From: Octopus vulgaris
Lineage: Eukaryota
Length of the DNA: 64,000 nucleotides
Assembly (NCBI GenBank): GCA_951406725.2
Contig: OX597817.1
Span: 7,812,001 to 7,876,000 of the forward strand
Reading direction: 5' to 3'
Part shown: positions 44,541 through 58,969 of the stretch, one piece after another
How the letters are laid out: every line of letters starts with the position of its first letter
How positions within the stretch are numbered: position 1 is the first letter of the stretch
Notes under the pieces: model-generated
Databases searched by the model: none
The model's input: only the letters and a program-made list of their open reading frames with translations
Told to the model about the DNA's origin: nothing
Made by a program: the position numbers and the translations under genes

Positions 44541-44585
<45 letters not shown>

Positions 44586-44827
44586 CGTGCGCGCGTGTAT
44601 GTGTGTATAAAATCATATATATCTGTTATTCTGCGACTATACATGTTTGCGTATGAGCAAAAAAATACAAGCTGATAGCTGGAGCCACATACAGATTCAT
44701 AACTGTGTTTACGTTTCCTTTTTTTTTTATTGTTTGGCTGTTTTTGGGGGGTTTTTTGTTTTGTTTTTTTTTCTATACATTTGTATCTGTTTCTGTTTTG
44801 GTTTTGCTTCTATTTTACTAATTCCAG

Positions 44828-45012
44828 GGAATACTAGGATCCGGCTTTGCGCTCAAGGTGCAGCAACAGCAGCGACAGAAGCACCTTAATAGGCGTCGAG
44901 TGCCCGCAGCCATGTTGATCCAGTGCGTGTGGCGTAGCTATGCAGCCGATGAAAATTCTATGTCCATTGCTACGTGGAAGCGTCACATGACACCTTGTCC
45001 GAGCCCTACCAC
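44828..45012 (+). CDS. KCNQ: KCNQ exon (S6 end, helix A / IQ calmodulin-binding motif)
   Basis: ctaat branch-like motif, ttccag acceptor and GTAAGT donor. 185 nt, phase 0-2: [61 protein letters not shown]. It continues FFALPA|GILGSG in frame across a ~26.8-kb intron. Confidence 0.97.
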
Positions 45013-45520
45013 GTAAGTATAAGTAACAGTAAACGTAATCGACAGTTTGTGTATGCCCAGTGTCTGGGGTTCTACTAATGTAAGCCACGAGATCTTACCG
45101 ATCCCTATTAAATAATTAGTTTGAATCCGATGTCTAAATCAGGAGTGTTGAACCTTTGTAGAACATCAGACGAATTTCAAGTGAGTATGATCCTTTGGGG
45201 AGAGTGTTTGTACTGGGAAAAAAAGATAGTGAATCTCTAATTTTTCAAATTCGTGAATTATGTAAACTGGTGATTTCTTTTATTATATCGAGTCCTGAGA
45301 GTTATAGGGCTGATAACCCGGGTTTCAGAGCATATAATTTGATATAAGTTAAATGCTTATGAATTTATTAAGATTTGTTCAGATTAATTTTAATTAAATA
45401 TAAATTACATACATATGTGAATGCCCATGACTGTGGTTAGGGTGTTCACGTTCGCAAGATCGTGGCTTCTTTTCCCGGGCCAGGTGGGGCGTTATACTCT
45501 TCAGCAAAGCACTTCATTTC

Positions 45521-45902
45521 ATGACAATTCTATGTCCATTGCTACATGGAAACGTAACATGATACCTTGTCCGAGCCCTACCACGTAAGTATAGATAACC
45601 GTAATCGACAAACTGTATTTGTCCAGTGTCTGAGAGCCTACCAACCTAAACCACATACCACCTTAACTGATCCCTATTAAATAAATCATTTAAATTCGAT
45701 GTCTAAATCAGGAGTGTTGAACCTTTGTAGAATATCGGACGGATTCTAAGTGAATATGATCCTATGGAGAAGGTGTTTGGGCTGAGAAAATAAAGATAGT
45801 GAATTTTACAGATTCATGAGTTATCTAGAATAAGTCCCCTGATCGTTAATACATCGAGTCCTGGGAGTTACTGGGACAATAACTCGGGTTTCATAGCGTA
45901 TA
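45521..45902 (+). repeat. Direct duplication of the 3' part of KCNQ exon 44828-45012 plus downstream intron
   Basis: 45521-45584 matches 44949-45012 at 59/64 nt with the GTAAGT donor retained. Similarity continues ~320 bp into the intron. Confidence 0.92.
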
Positions 45903-47090
45903 AGTGACAGAGATCAGAACATTCCCTCTGAATTGGATGCTGTCTCGGGGTTACTCATTTAAGCTGGATGGAGGCAACATGAAATGGAAACCACGATCTT
46001 GCGATTGGGAGTGCAACACTATACCCAAGGCTATGAGCCTTCGCATAAGTATGTAATTTATATTAAATGAAAATAAATATTTGTTTTTCATCTAACTTTT
46101 ATCGAATTATGATAAATATTTTTTTTTTCTCAAATTCATACGTATTTTATATTGGTTTCAAATGTTGGCACAAGACGATCAAGTTTGGAAGTGGAGTAAG
46201 CCTATTACATCGATCTCAGTGCTCAACTGGTACCTATTATATCGACCCCGAAAGAATGAAAGGCAAAGTCGACCTCGGCGGAATTTGAACTGACAACGTA
46301 AAGGCATAACATGTTATCAATATTCACTTAGCGACAGTCCACAGTCTTCGTCATCACTGATTAATCTGGATTTCTATTTACTAATGTTGTGCATCACAGT
46401 GCAGGTTTTAGTCTACTGGTGTTATGTGTATGTGTGGGGATTGCAAGCCGACAAGTGGGTAGAACTGTTATCACACCGGGCAAAATGCTTAGCAGCGTCT
46501 CGTTTGTTTTTACGTCCTGAGTTCAAATTCCGCTGAGGTCGACTTTGCCTTTCATCCTTTCCGGGTCGAAAATTGAGTACCAGTTGATGTAATCGACTTA
46601 ACCTTCCACCGTGTGTGTGTGTGTGTGTTATGGATATGTTTATGTTTGTCTCGACTGAGTGGGGAGATGATATTTATAGGATGGTGTTATAATAGTTCTA
46701 TGGATCATTGTAGATGTTTCGATGTTTGGAGCCTGTTGCACATATTCTAGCTGAGGCTTTGTGGGTTAGTCTGTTACACCCATAAAATATCCCTCACAAT
46801 AACTTTCAGTATTTTTGCATCGATGCTCTGTCGATATGGCTTATGTGCATCCTCAGATGAAACGGTGAGCACTGGTTTGCGTTCTTTATAGATTTGTAGA
46901 TAGTGAGGAGACCTGAGCAAGACTGCCTTTCACTTTCATTATCTGTATATTTGGAACTATTCAATAATACTTGCAATTGATAGAGAACATTTTTTCTACA
47001 TTCTTTTCGTCTTTTTCCTCTATCACATTATCATTTACTTACTTTACATATTTTTTGCTTTCGAGAACACATGTACAGATTATTGAAAAT

Positions 47091-47510
47091 AATACATTGT
47101 CCTAGTTTTTGTTATTATAATACAGTGTCCTAGTTTTTGTTATTATAATACATTGTCCTAGTTTTTGTTATAATACAGTGTCCTAGTTTTTGTTATTATA
47201 ATACAATGTCCTAGTTTTTGTTATTATAATACAGTGTCCTAAATTTTGTTATTATAATACAGTGTCCTAGTTTTTGTTATTATAATACAGTGTCCTAATT
47301 TTTGTTATTATAATACAGTGTCCTAGTTTTTGTTATTATAATACAGTGTCCTAGTTTTTGTTATTATAATACAGTGTCCTAGTTTTTGTTATTATAATAC
47401 AGTGTCCTAGTTTTTTGTTATTATAATACAGTGTCCTAGTTTTTTGTTATTATAATACAGTGTCCTAGTTTTTTGTTATTATAATACAGTGTCCTAGTTT
47501 TTGTTATTAT
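47091..47510. repeat. Minisatellite, 28-bp unit x ~15
   Basis: Unit aatacagtgtcctagtttttgttattat. It ends ~20 nt before the exon acceptor at 47530. Confidence 0.95.
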
Positions 47511-47530
47511 ATCTATTACTATCTTTACAG

Positions 47531-47695
47531 GGAGCCACGCTGGAAAAACAATACATCATTTGTGAGCAGGTTCTCTACTAAAAGACGAGACCGTTCTTCA
47601 CAAGGTTCCAATAATATCCAGTCACCTATGGTACCTCGGCAGTTGAGGAAGGCTTTCACGGCAGGTGACGATGATATATCGGACAGTTTTAACAG
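47531..47695 (+). CDS. KCNQ: Probable KCNQ exon (variable helix A-B linker)
   Basis: tctttacag acceptor and AG|GTAAGG donor. 165 nt, phase 2-2, open in the frame set by the previous exon: EPRWKNNTSFVSRFSTKRRDRSSQGSNNIQSPMVPRQLRKAFTAGDDDISDSFN. Confidence 0.8.
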
Positions 47696-47713
47696 GTAAG
47701 GAACAAAATCAAA

Positions 47714-48009
47714 TCTTTATATATAAAAGTGAGGTTGTGTGCTGTCTGTCTCCTACGATTTAGATTCCTAACTACTCCCACATTTTGCGGTGCAGTTTAA
47801 CCAAAATCGGGTATCTTATAGTCGTGATTCATATCGAGCCCTTCTGGGTATTAGCGCGCGTCTACGATGAGTCTACGATTTAAAAACAATTTACCATCAA
47901 TTTTTCCCGTTTTTAATGCATTTTTGGCATATATATGGGAAGTAACTCTCTAAAAATGTATTATTAAATCTCAGAACGTAAAAGCTACAGTAACACCCCC
48001 CCTCTTTGT
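47714..48009 (+). mobile_element. 3'-truncated copy of the Helitron at 1213-1607
   Basis: Near-identical to 1213-~1507, starts A|TC, and lacks the hairpin/CTAG end. Confidence 0.85.
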
Positions 48010-48450
48010 CAGGTAAGGAGCAAAATCAAATTATCTATACAAGAAAGAACTGATTAAACAACTAACATATTAAAGGTTACATAGATGTGTGCACAACCTT
48101 AAAGCTCGCAAACATACACATAAATACCGGAAACACGGTGGAATATTAATGTATATACATTTCAAATTTTGGCACAAGGCCAGCAAGTTCGTGGAAGTGG
48201 GTAAGTTTACCCCAGACCCCAGAGTTCTTCTGGTGCTTTTTTTATTGACCCCAAAAGGATGAAAGTTAAAGTCGACCTCGACAGAATTTGAATTCAGAGC
48301 ATGAGACAGACGAAATTCCGTTAAGCATTTTGCCCGGTCTGCTTATGATATTGCCAGCTCACCACCTAAATAATACATAATTAATATTAATAGAAATGTA
48401 TTAATACAGCATGTATAATATTATAAGAACACACCAGTGTTTCTACATAA

Positions 48451-48836
48451 AGGCGCAGGAGTGGCTGTGTGGTAAGTAGCTTGCTTACCAACCACATGGT
48501 TCGGGGTTCAGTCCCACTGCGTGACACCTTGGGCAAATGTCTTCTACTTGTGAGTGGATTTGGTAGACGGAAACTGAAAGAAGCCCGTCGTATATATGTA
48601 TATATATGTATATGCATGTATGTTTGTGTGTCTGTGTTTGTCCCCCTAGCATTGCTTGACAACCGATGCTGGTGTGTTTATGTCCCCGTCACTTAGCGGT
48701 TCGGCAAAAGAGACCGATAGAATAAGTACTGGGATTACAAAGAATAAGTCCCGGGGTCAATTTGCTCGACTAAAGGCGGTGCTCCAGCATGGCCGCAGTC
48801 AAATGACTGAAACAAGTAAAAGAGTAAAAGAGTAAA
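48451..48836 (+). mobile_element. Full-length tRNA-derived SINE (same family as 43825)
   Basis: Colinear and highly similar to 43825-44228, with a small internal deletion. Older copies lie at 52383-52700, 59695-60085 and 60090-60455. Confidence 0.9.
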
Positions 48837-51021
48837 AAAAGGTATACTCATCTCATTTTATCCTTTTTCTTTTAACCTTTACATAAATAAGGTTTGATTC
48901 ATAGCAGGAAGTTCGATTTAATATTTTTGTCTCTAATTATTGTTTATATAAGTATACAGTTTGATATTGATATACGAGTACCTTTTAAGGCGATGGGCTG
49001 GCAGAATAGTTACAACGCCGGACAAAAATGCCTTGGGACATTTCTTTCGACTTGACGTCCTGAGTTCAAATGACGTCGGGGTCGACTTTGCCTGCCATTC
49101 TTTTAGGGTCAATAACATAAGTTCCAGCTGAGCGCAACAGCTTGTGGTTTATCCTGCAACAGCATATAAAATCGTTGTAGAGTAGGACAAGAATTTTATC
49201 TTGGTGGGGAACAGACAATTAATCTATTCGTATGTAACCGGAATTTCCTCATGAAATGGAGGAAATAGATGATGCAAGTAGGAAAAGAAGTAGTAAGTTG
49301 GAAGAGGAGACGAGGAGTGCGAAGGAGAAAGGTATGGGGAAGCAAATGGAGTAAGCGGAATGATAAGAAGCGGAAGAAGGATGTCGAAGTTATGGAGATC
49401 TCGGCTGCTACGCCTAGCAGAGTGAAAGGAGTAAATTTTATGTACTTTGACAACGAAGTGGAGTTCCGTTTCCGTTTCATTATACCTGGACAAGCTAGCT
49501 AGATAGATATCTCAAATTCAGTACTTCATTGTGGGTCTTCTGTTGGGGACTGAAGTAATATGTGACGTCGAACTGGAAGGCCAGTTTACTGAGTTGTGAA
49601 TATGTGTTCATTAAGAGTGAGCCTTAGCGGTGTTGAACCTTAGCAGTTGCAGCGACTGTAAGGGATTTAAAGATGTGTTGTTCATATCTGGAAGTGAGGG
49701 AAGGTGGCGAGCTGGCAGAATCGTTAGCTACCAGGACGAAATGCTTAGCAGTATTTCGTCCCTAGCTACGTTCGCCCCTAGCTATGACTTTGCCTTTTAT
49801 CCTTTCGGGATCGATAAATTGAGTACCAGTGAAACAGTGTTCTCGATGTAATCGACTAGTCCCCTGTTCCACATTTCAGTCCTTGTGCCTATAATAGAAA
49901 GGATATTTAGAAGTGAGGTATGATATTGTTATGCTGGCATAAACAGTTATTGTGTCAATTGTGGAGAGATGATTTGCATGACTCTCACTAGAGAAGACTT
50001 ACCATGTTTCTGTTCATTGAACCAGTGGTAATTTCATAAGCCGTATAAAGGTTGCATGTAGATGACGCTTGGTAGGGAAGAACAAAGGTTCGAATCATGG
50101 ATGTTGTTGGAGAAGACAGTAAGTAGGATATGTGGAGAATACGAAGCCTGGGATACATCAGATTTGTGTTCCGTCATCACACGTTATGATGATGCGATCT
50201 TATAATAAACCAGCAACCCAAGCGACGAGAGGCGGATGTAACGCAGGGACAAGTGTGTTATCACATGATGGAGACAGTCTATTTCAAAAACACGAAAGAC
50301 AAGCCAGTAATTTCAATCTGGTAATGTGACTATAAGATTTCAATGGACAGCTTACTTACTTTTTTTCTGACTTTCCCCTCAATAGCTGACTACTCTCAGT
50401 ATCTATATACCTCACTCGCAGTGTTGCTTCCTTCTTTCTTTCTTCCTTTCTTTCTCTCTCTTTCCTCTCTCTTTCTCTTTGTCATTGCTGTTTCTTCGGC
50501 GACCATTATCATCAAACTTATCCACTATCTAACATTTTGGTGTTCTTTGGGCAAAGCCATCAAAAGTTTTACCAAGTACGAACTTAATCGTTTGATAAAA
50601 ATTTATAGCAAGAGCTCTAAAATGCCAATAAAATTTTCCATTGTGCAGACATATTTTTTTGTGGGGAGCATAAAAGTTAAACTGTAATGGGAGACGAACT
50701 GGTGAGTTCGTAATTCATATGTATATGTGGCCATACATATTTTTATCACTAAGCATGATTAGTGGAATAAGACAAAACAATACGAGAAGCAGAGATATTT
50801 GCATAGACGCCATTTAGCTATGGAGATATACACCGAATTAATGTCATCAGAGTGATAATAATTTTATCAACGTTGCAAATTTGCACAGAATAGACAGCTC
50901 ATATATGTGTGTGTGTGTATGTGTGTGTGTGGGTATATACACATGCAGGCATACCAGTATGTAGACAGTTAGCTATATGTAAATATGTATACATAAGTTG
51001 TAAAAGTGTGCATGTATATGT

Positions 51022-51055
<34 letters not shown>

Positions 51056-51204
51056 CGCACACATTTATGTATGTATGCACATATAAATATATTTATATCA
51101 ATGTGTGTATATATGTATATAATTTTAAAACTATATATGAATATATACATATATACACACATTCGTATATATATCTATATACGCATACATTTTGATAGTC
51201 GTGC

Positions 51205-51260
<56 letters not shown>

Positions 51261-51597
51261 TGTATAAAAATATATTCTGGCCTGTATGTTTGTATGTATG
51301 TACGTATGTGGAGAAATATTGAATGCAAACATTAGAAATATAGAACGTAATTGGGAAAAAATCTTTTATTCATTTTCTTTTCAATCTGTTTATATCCGAA
51401 TTATCTTATGTCCACGTTTACATTCAATATGTAGAAATGTATTCTTTGAACAATCCTAACTTAATAATAAATTGATTAGATACGGAAAAATTATCACTGA
51501 AATGAGAAAGTTGATGATTATCATCCGATGAGAGATTACTGCCATATTTATCGCTGGAAATAAAAGCATCTCAGTAACATTTATATGAATGTCTGCA

Positions 51598-51673
<76 letters not shown>

Positions 51674-51745
51674 TGTGTGTGTATGTATGAATGTATGTGT
51701 GTGTATGTATGTATGTATGTGTGTGTGTGGCTGTATGTATGTGTG

Positions 51746-51858
<113 letters not shown>

Positions 51859-51860
51859 CT

Positions 51861-52100
51861 TCTATATATATATATAAAACTGAGAATGTGTGTCTGTCTG
51901 TCTGTCTGTGTGAATCCCTAAAACTTGAGAACTACACAACCAATTTCATTCGAATTTTACACATGCCTTACTTAGGGTCCAAGGAGTGTCATGGGCAAAT
52001 AACAAAACGCTTAACTTCTTGCCTAGGGCGAGCCCACAGCAATATCACATCTTCTCCACTATTTCAGTATTACGTGAAACAAAAGCATGTCTCTACTGTA
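51861..52100 (+). mobile_element. Helitron-like 5' fragment
   Basis: TCTATATATATATAAAA start followed by (GTCT)n, the same architecture as the 1213 element but a different body. Confidence 0.5.
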
Positions 52101-52799
52101 TGTATATGGATGTATATATATATATATACATGTATATATATAAATGTATATGCATACATGTATATGTATAGCTGTATATGTATACATGTATATGTATAGC
52201 TGTATACATGTAAATGTATAACTGTACACATGTATATATATACATGTATATGTAAACATGTATATATATATGTACATGTAATATGTACACATATATATAT
52301 ACACATATATACATGCATACATATATATGCACCCATACACACACACCGATCCACCACCACCACCACCCACACACACATACATAGGTGCAGGTGTGGCTAT
52401 GTGGTAACAAACTTGGTTCCAAAACACATGGTCCTCAGTTCAGTCCCACTGTGTGGTAACTTGGAATGTGTCTTCTGCTATAGCCTCAGACCAACCAAAG
52501 CCTTGTGAGTGGATTTTGTAGACAGAAACTGAAAGAAATCAATTATATGTATATGTATGTATATATGTAAGTCTATGTGTGTGTGTTTGTGTTTCTCCCT
52601 CATCACTGATTCACAACTGGTGTTCGTTTATTTACATCCCCATAACTTACAAGTTTCACAAGAAGAAACTGACAGAATAAGTACCAGGCTTATCAAAATA
52701 TAAAAAAGCACTACGCAGTGTCTCATCTTTTTGTTTGCCCACTCAGCTGTATCTATCAATTTATCTTTGTGCGTGTGCGTGTGTGTATACATACATACA

Positions 52800-52848
<49 letters not shown>

Positions 52849-52919
52849 ATTTCGAGGACAGGAACTGAAACAAATCAATCATATATATATATGTATGTAT
52901 ATATGTAAGTGTATGTGTT

Positions 52920-54250
52920 TTCGTATTGGCAACATGAATGACAATGGTCAGAGACTACTTGAATTTTGCACATACCATAACTGTGCATCACCAACACATT
53001 CTTTGCCAATAAGACATCCCACAAGGCATCTTGGAGACAACCAAGATCTCACCACTGGCATCAGCTGGATCTCATTATTACACAAAGATCCTTTCTGAAT
53101 TCTGTTCAACTGACCCATAGTTACCACAGCGTGGATTGTGACACAGATCATTCACTAATAAGAAGCAGGGTGAGGATTCTGCCTAAAAAAGTCCATCACT
53201 CCAAGAAAATGGGCCGACCACGCATTAACACTGCCAGAACCTCTGACCCTACACTGCGACAATGTTTTGCTGTTTCTATCAAAGTTGCCCTCAGTAGCTG
53301 CCCAACCTCCTCTGCTGAAAGTAGGTGGAATTATATCAGGGAAGCTTTGTATACCACATCAATAGATACTTTCGGCATGAGAGAAAGGCGAAACCCAGAT
53401 TTTGTTCAGTGCTGGGCTCTCAGAGCTGGAAACAGTTATCGAAGCAAAGCGTGCAGCTCTGATGCAATACAAGATTGATTCTTCTACAAAGTCACTCGAA
53501 GAACTCAGAAAGGCAAGAAATACAACCCAACTGACTGCCAGACGCTGTGCAAATAGGTATTGGCAGGAAATCTGTCAGAGTATCCAGTCAGCTGCAGACA
53601 GTGGCGACACCCGTGGGATGTATGCCGGTTTGAAGAAGGCCCTCGGTCCATCCGCAACCAAGTCAGCCCCTCAAATGTCAACTACTGAGGATCTCATCAA
53701 AGACCAAAGCAAGCAAATGGATAGATGGGTGGAGCACTACCAGGATCTCTACTCACGGGAGACCACGGTAGCTGAGGCTGCAATCGATGGTGTCAAGATC
53801 TTGCAAGTCATGTGTGAACTTGACAGTCTGCCATCTATAGCAGAGCTCACGAAGGCTATTGACTCCCTAGGAAGTAACAAAACCCGGGAAAAGACAGCAT
53901 CCCCTTAGAGATCATCAAAACCGGCAAAAACACCATCTAGCTTCGGCACATTCATGAGCTTCTGTGTCAGTGCTGGGAAGAGGGTACAGTCCCTCAGGAT
54001 ATGCGAGATGCTAACATCATTACGCTTTACAAAAACAAAGGTGAACGTGGTGATTGTTACAATTATCGTGGAATATCTCTTTTAAGCACTGTTGGAAAGG
54101 CCTCTGCTCGCATAATCCTGTCCAGGCTGCGACTGCTTGCTTCTCGAATTTATCCAGAATCGCAGTGTGGCTTTAGAAGAAGCAGATCAACTATTGACAT
54201 GATATTCTCCATACGCCAACTTCAGGAGAAGTCCAGAGAGCAGAAATTGG
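52920..54250 (+). mobile_element. RTE-clade LINE fragment (end of APE endonuclease to start of RT), frameshifted
   Basis: GNMNDNGQRLLEFC, DCDTDHSL, IITLYKNKGERGDCYNYRGISLLS and PESQCGFRRSRSTIDMIFSIRQLQEKSREQ in successive frames. Confidence 0.92.
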
Positions 54251-54394
54251 CTGAGTGGAGACAGCTTCAAGGACTTGTGATAAGCTGAGCCAGTTAGAGT
54301 GTGTATGTTAGTGTATGTGTTAATATACTTGTACTTATATAATGAGTATATTTCAATGGTACTCGAATGAGCGCTTGTATTTGTGCGTGATTAC

Positions 54395-56165
54395 TCTTTA
54401 ATGTATAAAGACAAACCCTGAAACCTTCTAAAGATTTGCAAAATTGTCTGCTTCGAGAAAGATGGCTCACCGACTGCAGACCACCAAAGGATCAGGGAAA
54501 TACTGAATGTGCAATACAAGTGTGTTTTCACAACTCCATTGTGACATTTATAAGTAGTTATGTCTGATGAGTTCTTTGGCACCTCAACTTTACACAAAGA
54601 AATGACTATTATTGATGACATTAAAATAGAGGAAACAGATGTAATATCGGCCATTGGTAAAATGAGCTCAAACTCCAGTCCCTGATGGAGTCTCAGCAAT
54701 CCTCCTGAAGAAATGCAAAGGTTCTCTAGCAAGACCACTACAGATTCTCTTCCAGAGCTTCCTCGCAAGCGGGCGACTTCGCAAAAAAGTTAAAGGAAAT
54801 CTATAATGTCCTATCTATAAAAGAGGTAGCAGAGTAGATGTTAAAAATTATAGGCCTGTCTCTCTAACCTCCCATATAAGCAATGGCGTGGAACGCATTG
54901 TCAAAAGGAAACTGACCGCATTTCTCGAAGATAATGACTTGCTCTCTGACACCCAGCATAGTTTCTGTTTAGGAACAAGCTGTCTTACACAGCTTTTGCG
55001 GCATTATGACTGAGTGTTAAAACAACTAAGGAATCACTCAAACGTGATTGTGATATATTTTGACCTTGCAAAGGCCTTTGATAATGTTGATCACGGGATG
55101 ATATGTCACAAGCTACGGAGACTTGCGGAAAACTGAGAGAGTGGCTACATGACTTCTTAAAAGACAGATTGCAGGCTATGACAGCCAATGGAGCCCTCTC
55201 CAAGGATATATTAATGGAGAGTGGAGTGCCGCTACTGTTCAGACATACTATCAATTATAGCCACACTTACTATCTATGCCGACGACACAAAAGCAGTACA
55301 AACAGTTAAGGAACTTCCTAGTGCTAGTCTTCTACAGAAAGACTTAAATGCCATATATAAATGGGCTGAAGAAAATCACATGCAGTTTAATGCAGGTAAC
55401 TTCCAAGTCCTCTTAGAGTCACACACAGTGCGGGATCTGGGGATTGCTCCTACATATCATCAAGAAGGTGGCAATGTGCAGGGGAGTGACCGAATGTATT
55501 TTGAGAAATTTCAGAACAAAGGGATCAGGAAACTATGCTGGTTCTCTCAAAGACATTTGTACTCAGACGTCTGGATTACTGTTCTCAACTGTGGTTGCAC
55601 TACAGTGTCAAATAAATAGCGGAACATGAGGCAATTCAGTGGTGCTATACCAGGAAGATTGCATCGATGGAACAATTTGGCTACCGGGAGATACTGAAAG
55701 AGTTACGACTCTATTCCTAGGAGCGAGCGAAGACGGAAAAGATATGCAGAGATATACGTATGGAAGTTCCTGGAGGATCTGGCAGCAAGTTTTAGTATCG
55801 GGAGTTATACCAGGCCCCGAACTGGACGTCAACGCACTGTTCCAAATGTCCTAGCAAACCCGTCTAGAGTGAGGACCATGTACTGCAACAGCTTGGGATT
55901 CAAAGTCCCACAGCTATTTAACGTCTTGCCAAAACTTCTGAGGGATGTTCATAGAGCAGGGGCAGATCTTTTCAAGAAACAACTTGACATCATGCTATCC
56001 AAGGGCCCAGATGAACCTTTATCAAGGCAGGAAACTCAAACGAAGGCAATGGTATCAAACATCCGCCTTCATCAAAAGTCAATCACATAAGATTGAGCAT
56101 TGAAAAGGTGGTTACAATGGCGGTGCTCCAACATGGCCACAGCTGAAACGTATGAAAGAATAAAA
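54395..56165 (+). mobile_element. Degraded CR1/L2-like LINE 3' portion
   Basis: Remnants NYRPVSLTSHI, DL(A)KAFDNVDH, YADDTK, W..ENHMQFN and SLGFKVPQLFNVLP across frames. Confidence 0.85.
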
Positions 56166-56167
56166 GA

Positions 56168-56227
<60 letters not shown>

Positions 56228-56379
56228 GTAGGTAGGTAGGTAGGTAGGTAGGTGTGTATGTAGGTAGATAGATAGATAGGTTATTTCCCCAGATAATTCT
56301 GGAACAAATTATAAAAATAATTACATTGTCATGTAGATAATCCGAAGGTGTGTGTGAGTGTGTCTCTGTATGTGTGTGT

Positions 56380-56473
<94 letters not shown>

Positions 56474-56619
56474 ATATTTTATACATATCATTTATCGATT
56501 TCATTTTTGCTAAAACATTAAGCCTATAAATTTACAAATAAGTATTTTAACTACAATTAAATTTAACTCGTATACAAGCTTCCTTTGGATTTCTGCTCTC
56601 CTTGATGTTTGTGTGTGCA

Positions 56620-56652
<33 letters not shown>

Positions 56653-57027
56653 GTGTGTGTGTGTGCGTGCGTGTGTTTGTATGCGTGCGTGTGTACGTAT
56701 GTGTGTATTTCTTATCTAATTTACTTAAGCATTCTTATGGCCTGCAGAGGTCATTCATAAGAAATTAGCATAAATTTACATATTTAGACATTATAAGTTC
56801 AATGATTATATATTTAAAGTAAGTAAATACTTATAAAACAAGTGTTTATAATTCTTAGAAGCTAATGGAGAATTTTTAAAATTTTGTTTTCGCCTTTTCT
56901 ATGCTAATGAAATGTTTTCAGATTATGCTAAAGGTACGCCAAACAAAACGGATCAAAGCATAGTCTCTCTCTTTCTCTCTCTCTCTCTCTCTTCTTTCTC
57001 TCTCTCGCTCTCTCTCTCTCTCTCACA

Positions 57028-57106
<79 letters not shown>

Positions 57107-57630
57107 ACATACACAGATATACACATATATTAAAAAGGTTAAGAGGTTTCACAAGCGTAAATTTATATATATTTACATTTTTATTAACATCTTTCTTTGG
57201 CCCAAAATAAAGTTCTCAAAGCATTTTCTTATTTTTTGTGAATATACATACATATATACATACATATATTTTTCCTTATATATATATATATACATCTCTT
57301 TATCTATCTACGCACACGCAAACAGGTACACACGTGTGTACGCACTTACATAATATATATATATACTACATATATATATACATATATATGCATATATATG
57401 TATATTTATATACGTATATATGTATATATATATATATGTGTGTATATGTATGTGTATATGTATATATATATATATATGTGTGTACTTATATGTATATATA
57501 TATATGTGTGTGTGTGTATGTGTATATATATGTGTGTGTGTGTGTATATGTATATGTATCTATATGTGTGTGTGTATATATATGTGTGTGTATATATATA
57601 TATAAGTGTGTACGTATATATATATACATC

Positions 57631-57696
<66 letters not shown>

Positions 57697-57906
57697 TATG
57701 TGTGTGTGGAAAAGCATTAATCTGGTTTTGTTATATATGCTTACAGTGACAAAATGAAAATAAAATAACGCTCCAACAAAAAAATAAAATAAAACAGCTG
57801 ACAACAGATTTCTGAACGCCTCGATGTTTGATTTCGGTTTAAATGCACGAAAGGATAGATAGAAATGATAACCACATGAATGGATGGATGGATGGATGGA
57901 TGGGTG

Positions 57907-58900
<994 letters not shown>

Positions 58901-58969
58901 CGATTAACATTAGAATTGAAATCTATGCGATATATTTATCACGCATACGTACGTTCGTATGAGTGTATG

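Noticed and set aside
47091-47510. Regular 28-bp repeats suggesting a CRISPR array
   Set aside because: The units are head-to-tail with no unique spacers, in a eukaryotic intron with no cas genes.
50076-50118. Possible extra exon (AG...ACA|GTAAGT, open in the KCNQ frame)
   Set aside because: It has no polypyrimidine tract and no recognisable KCNQ similarity.
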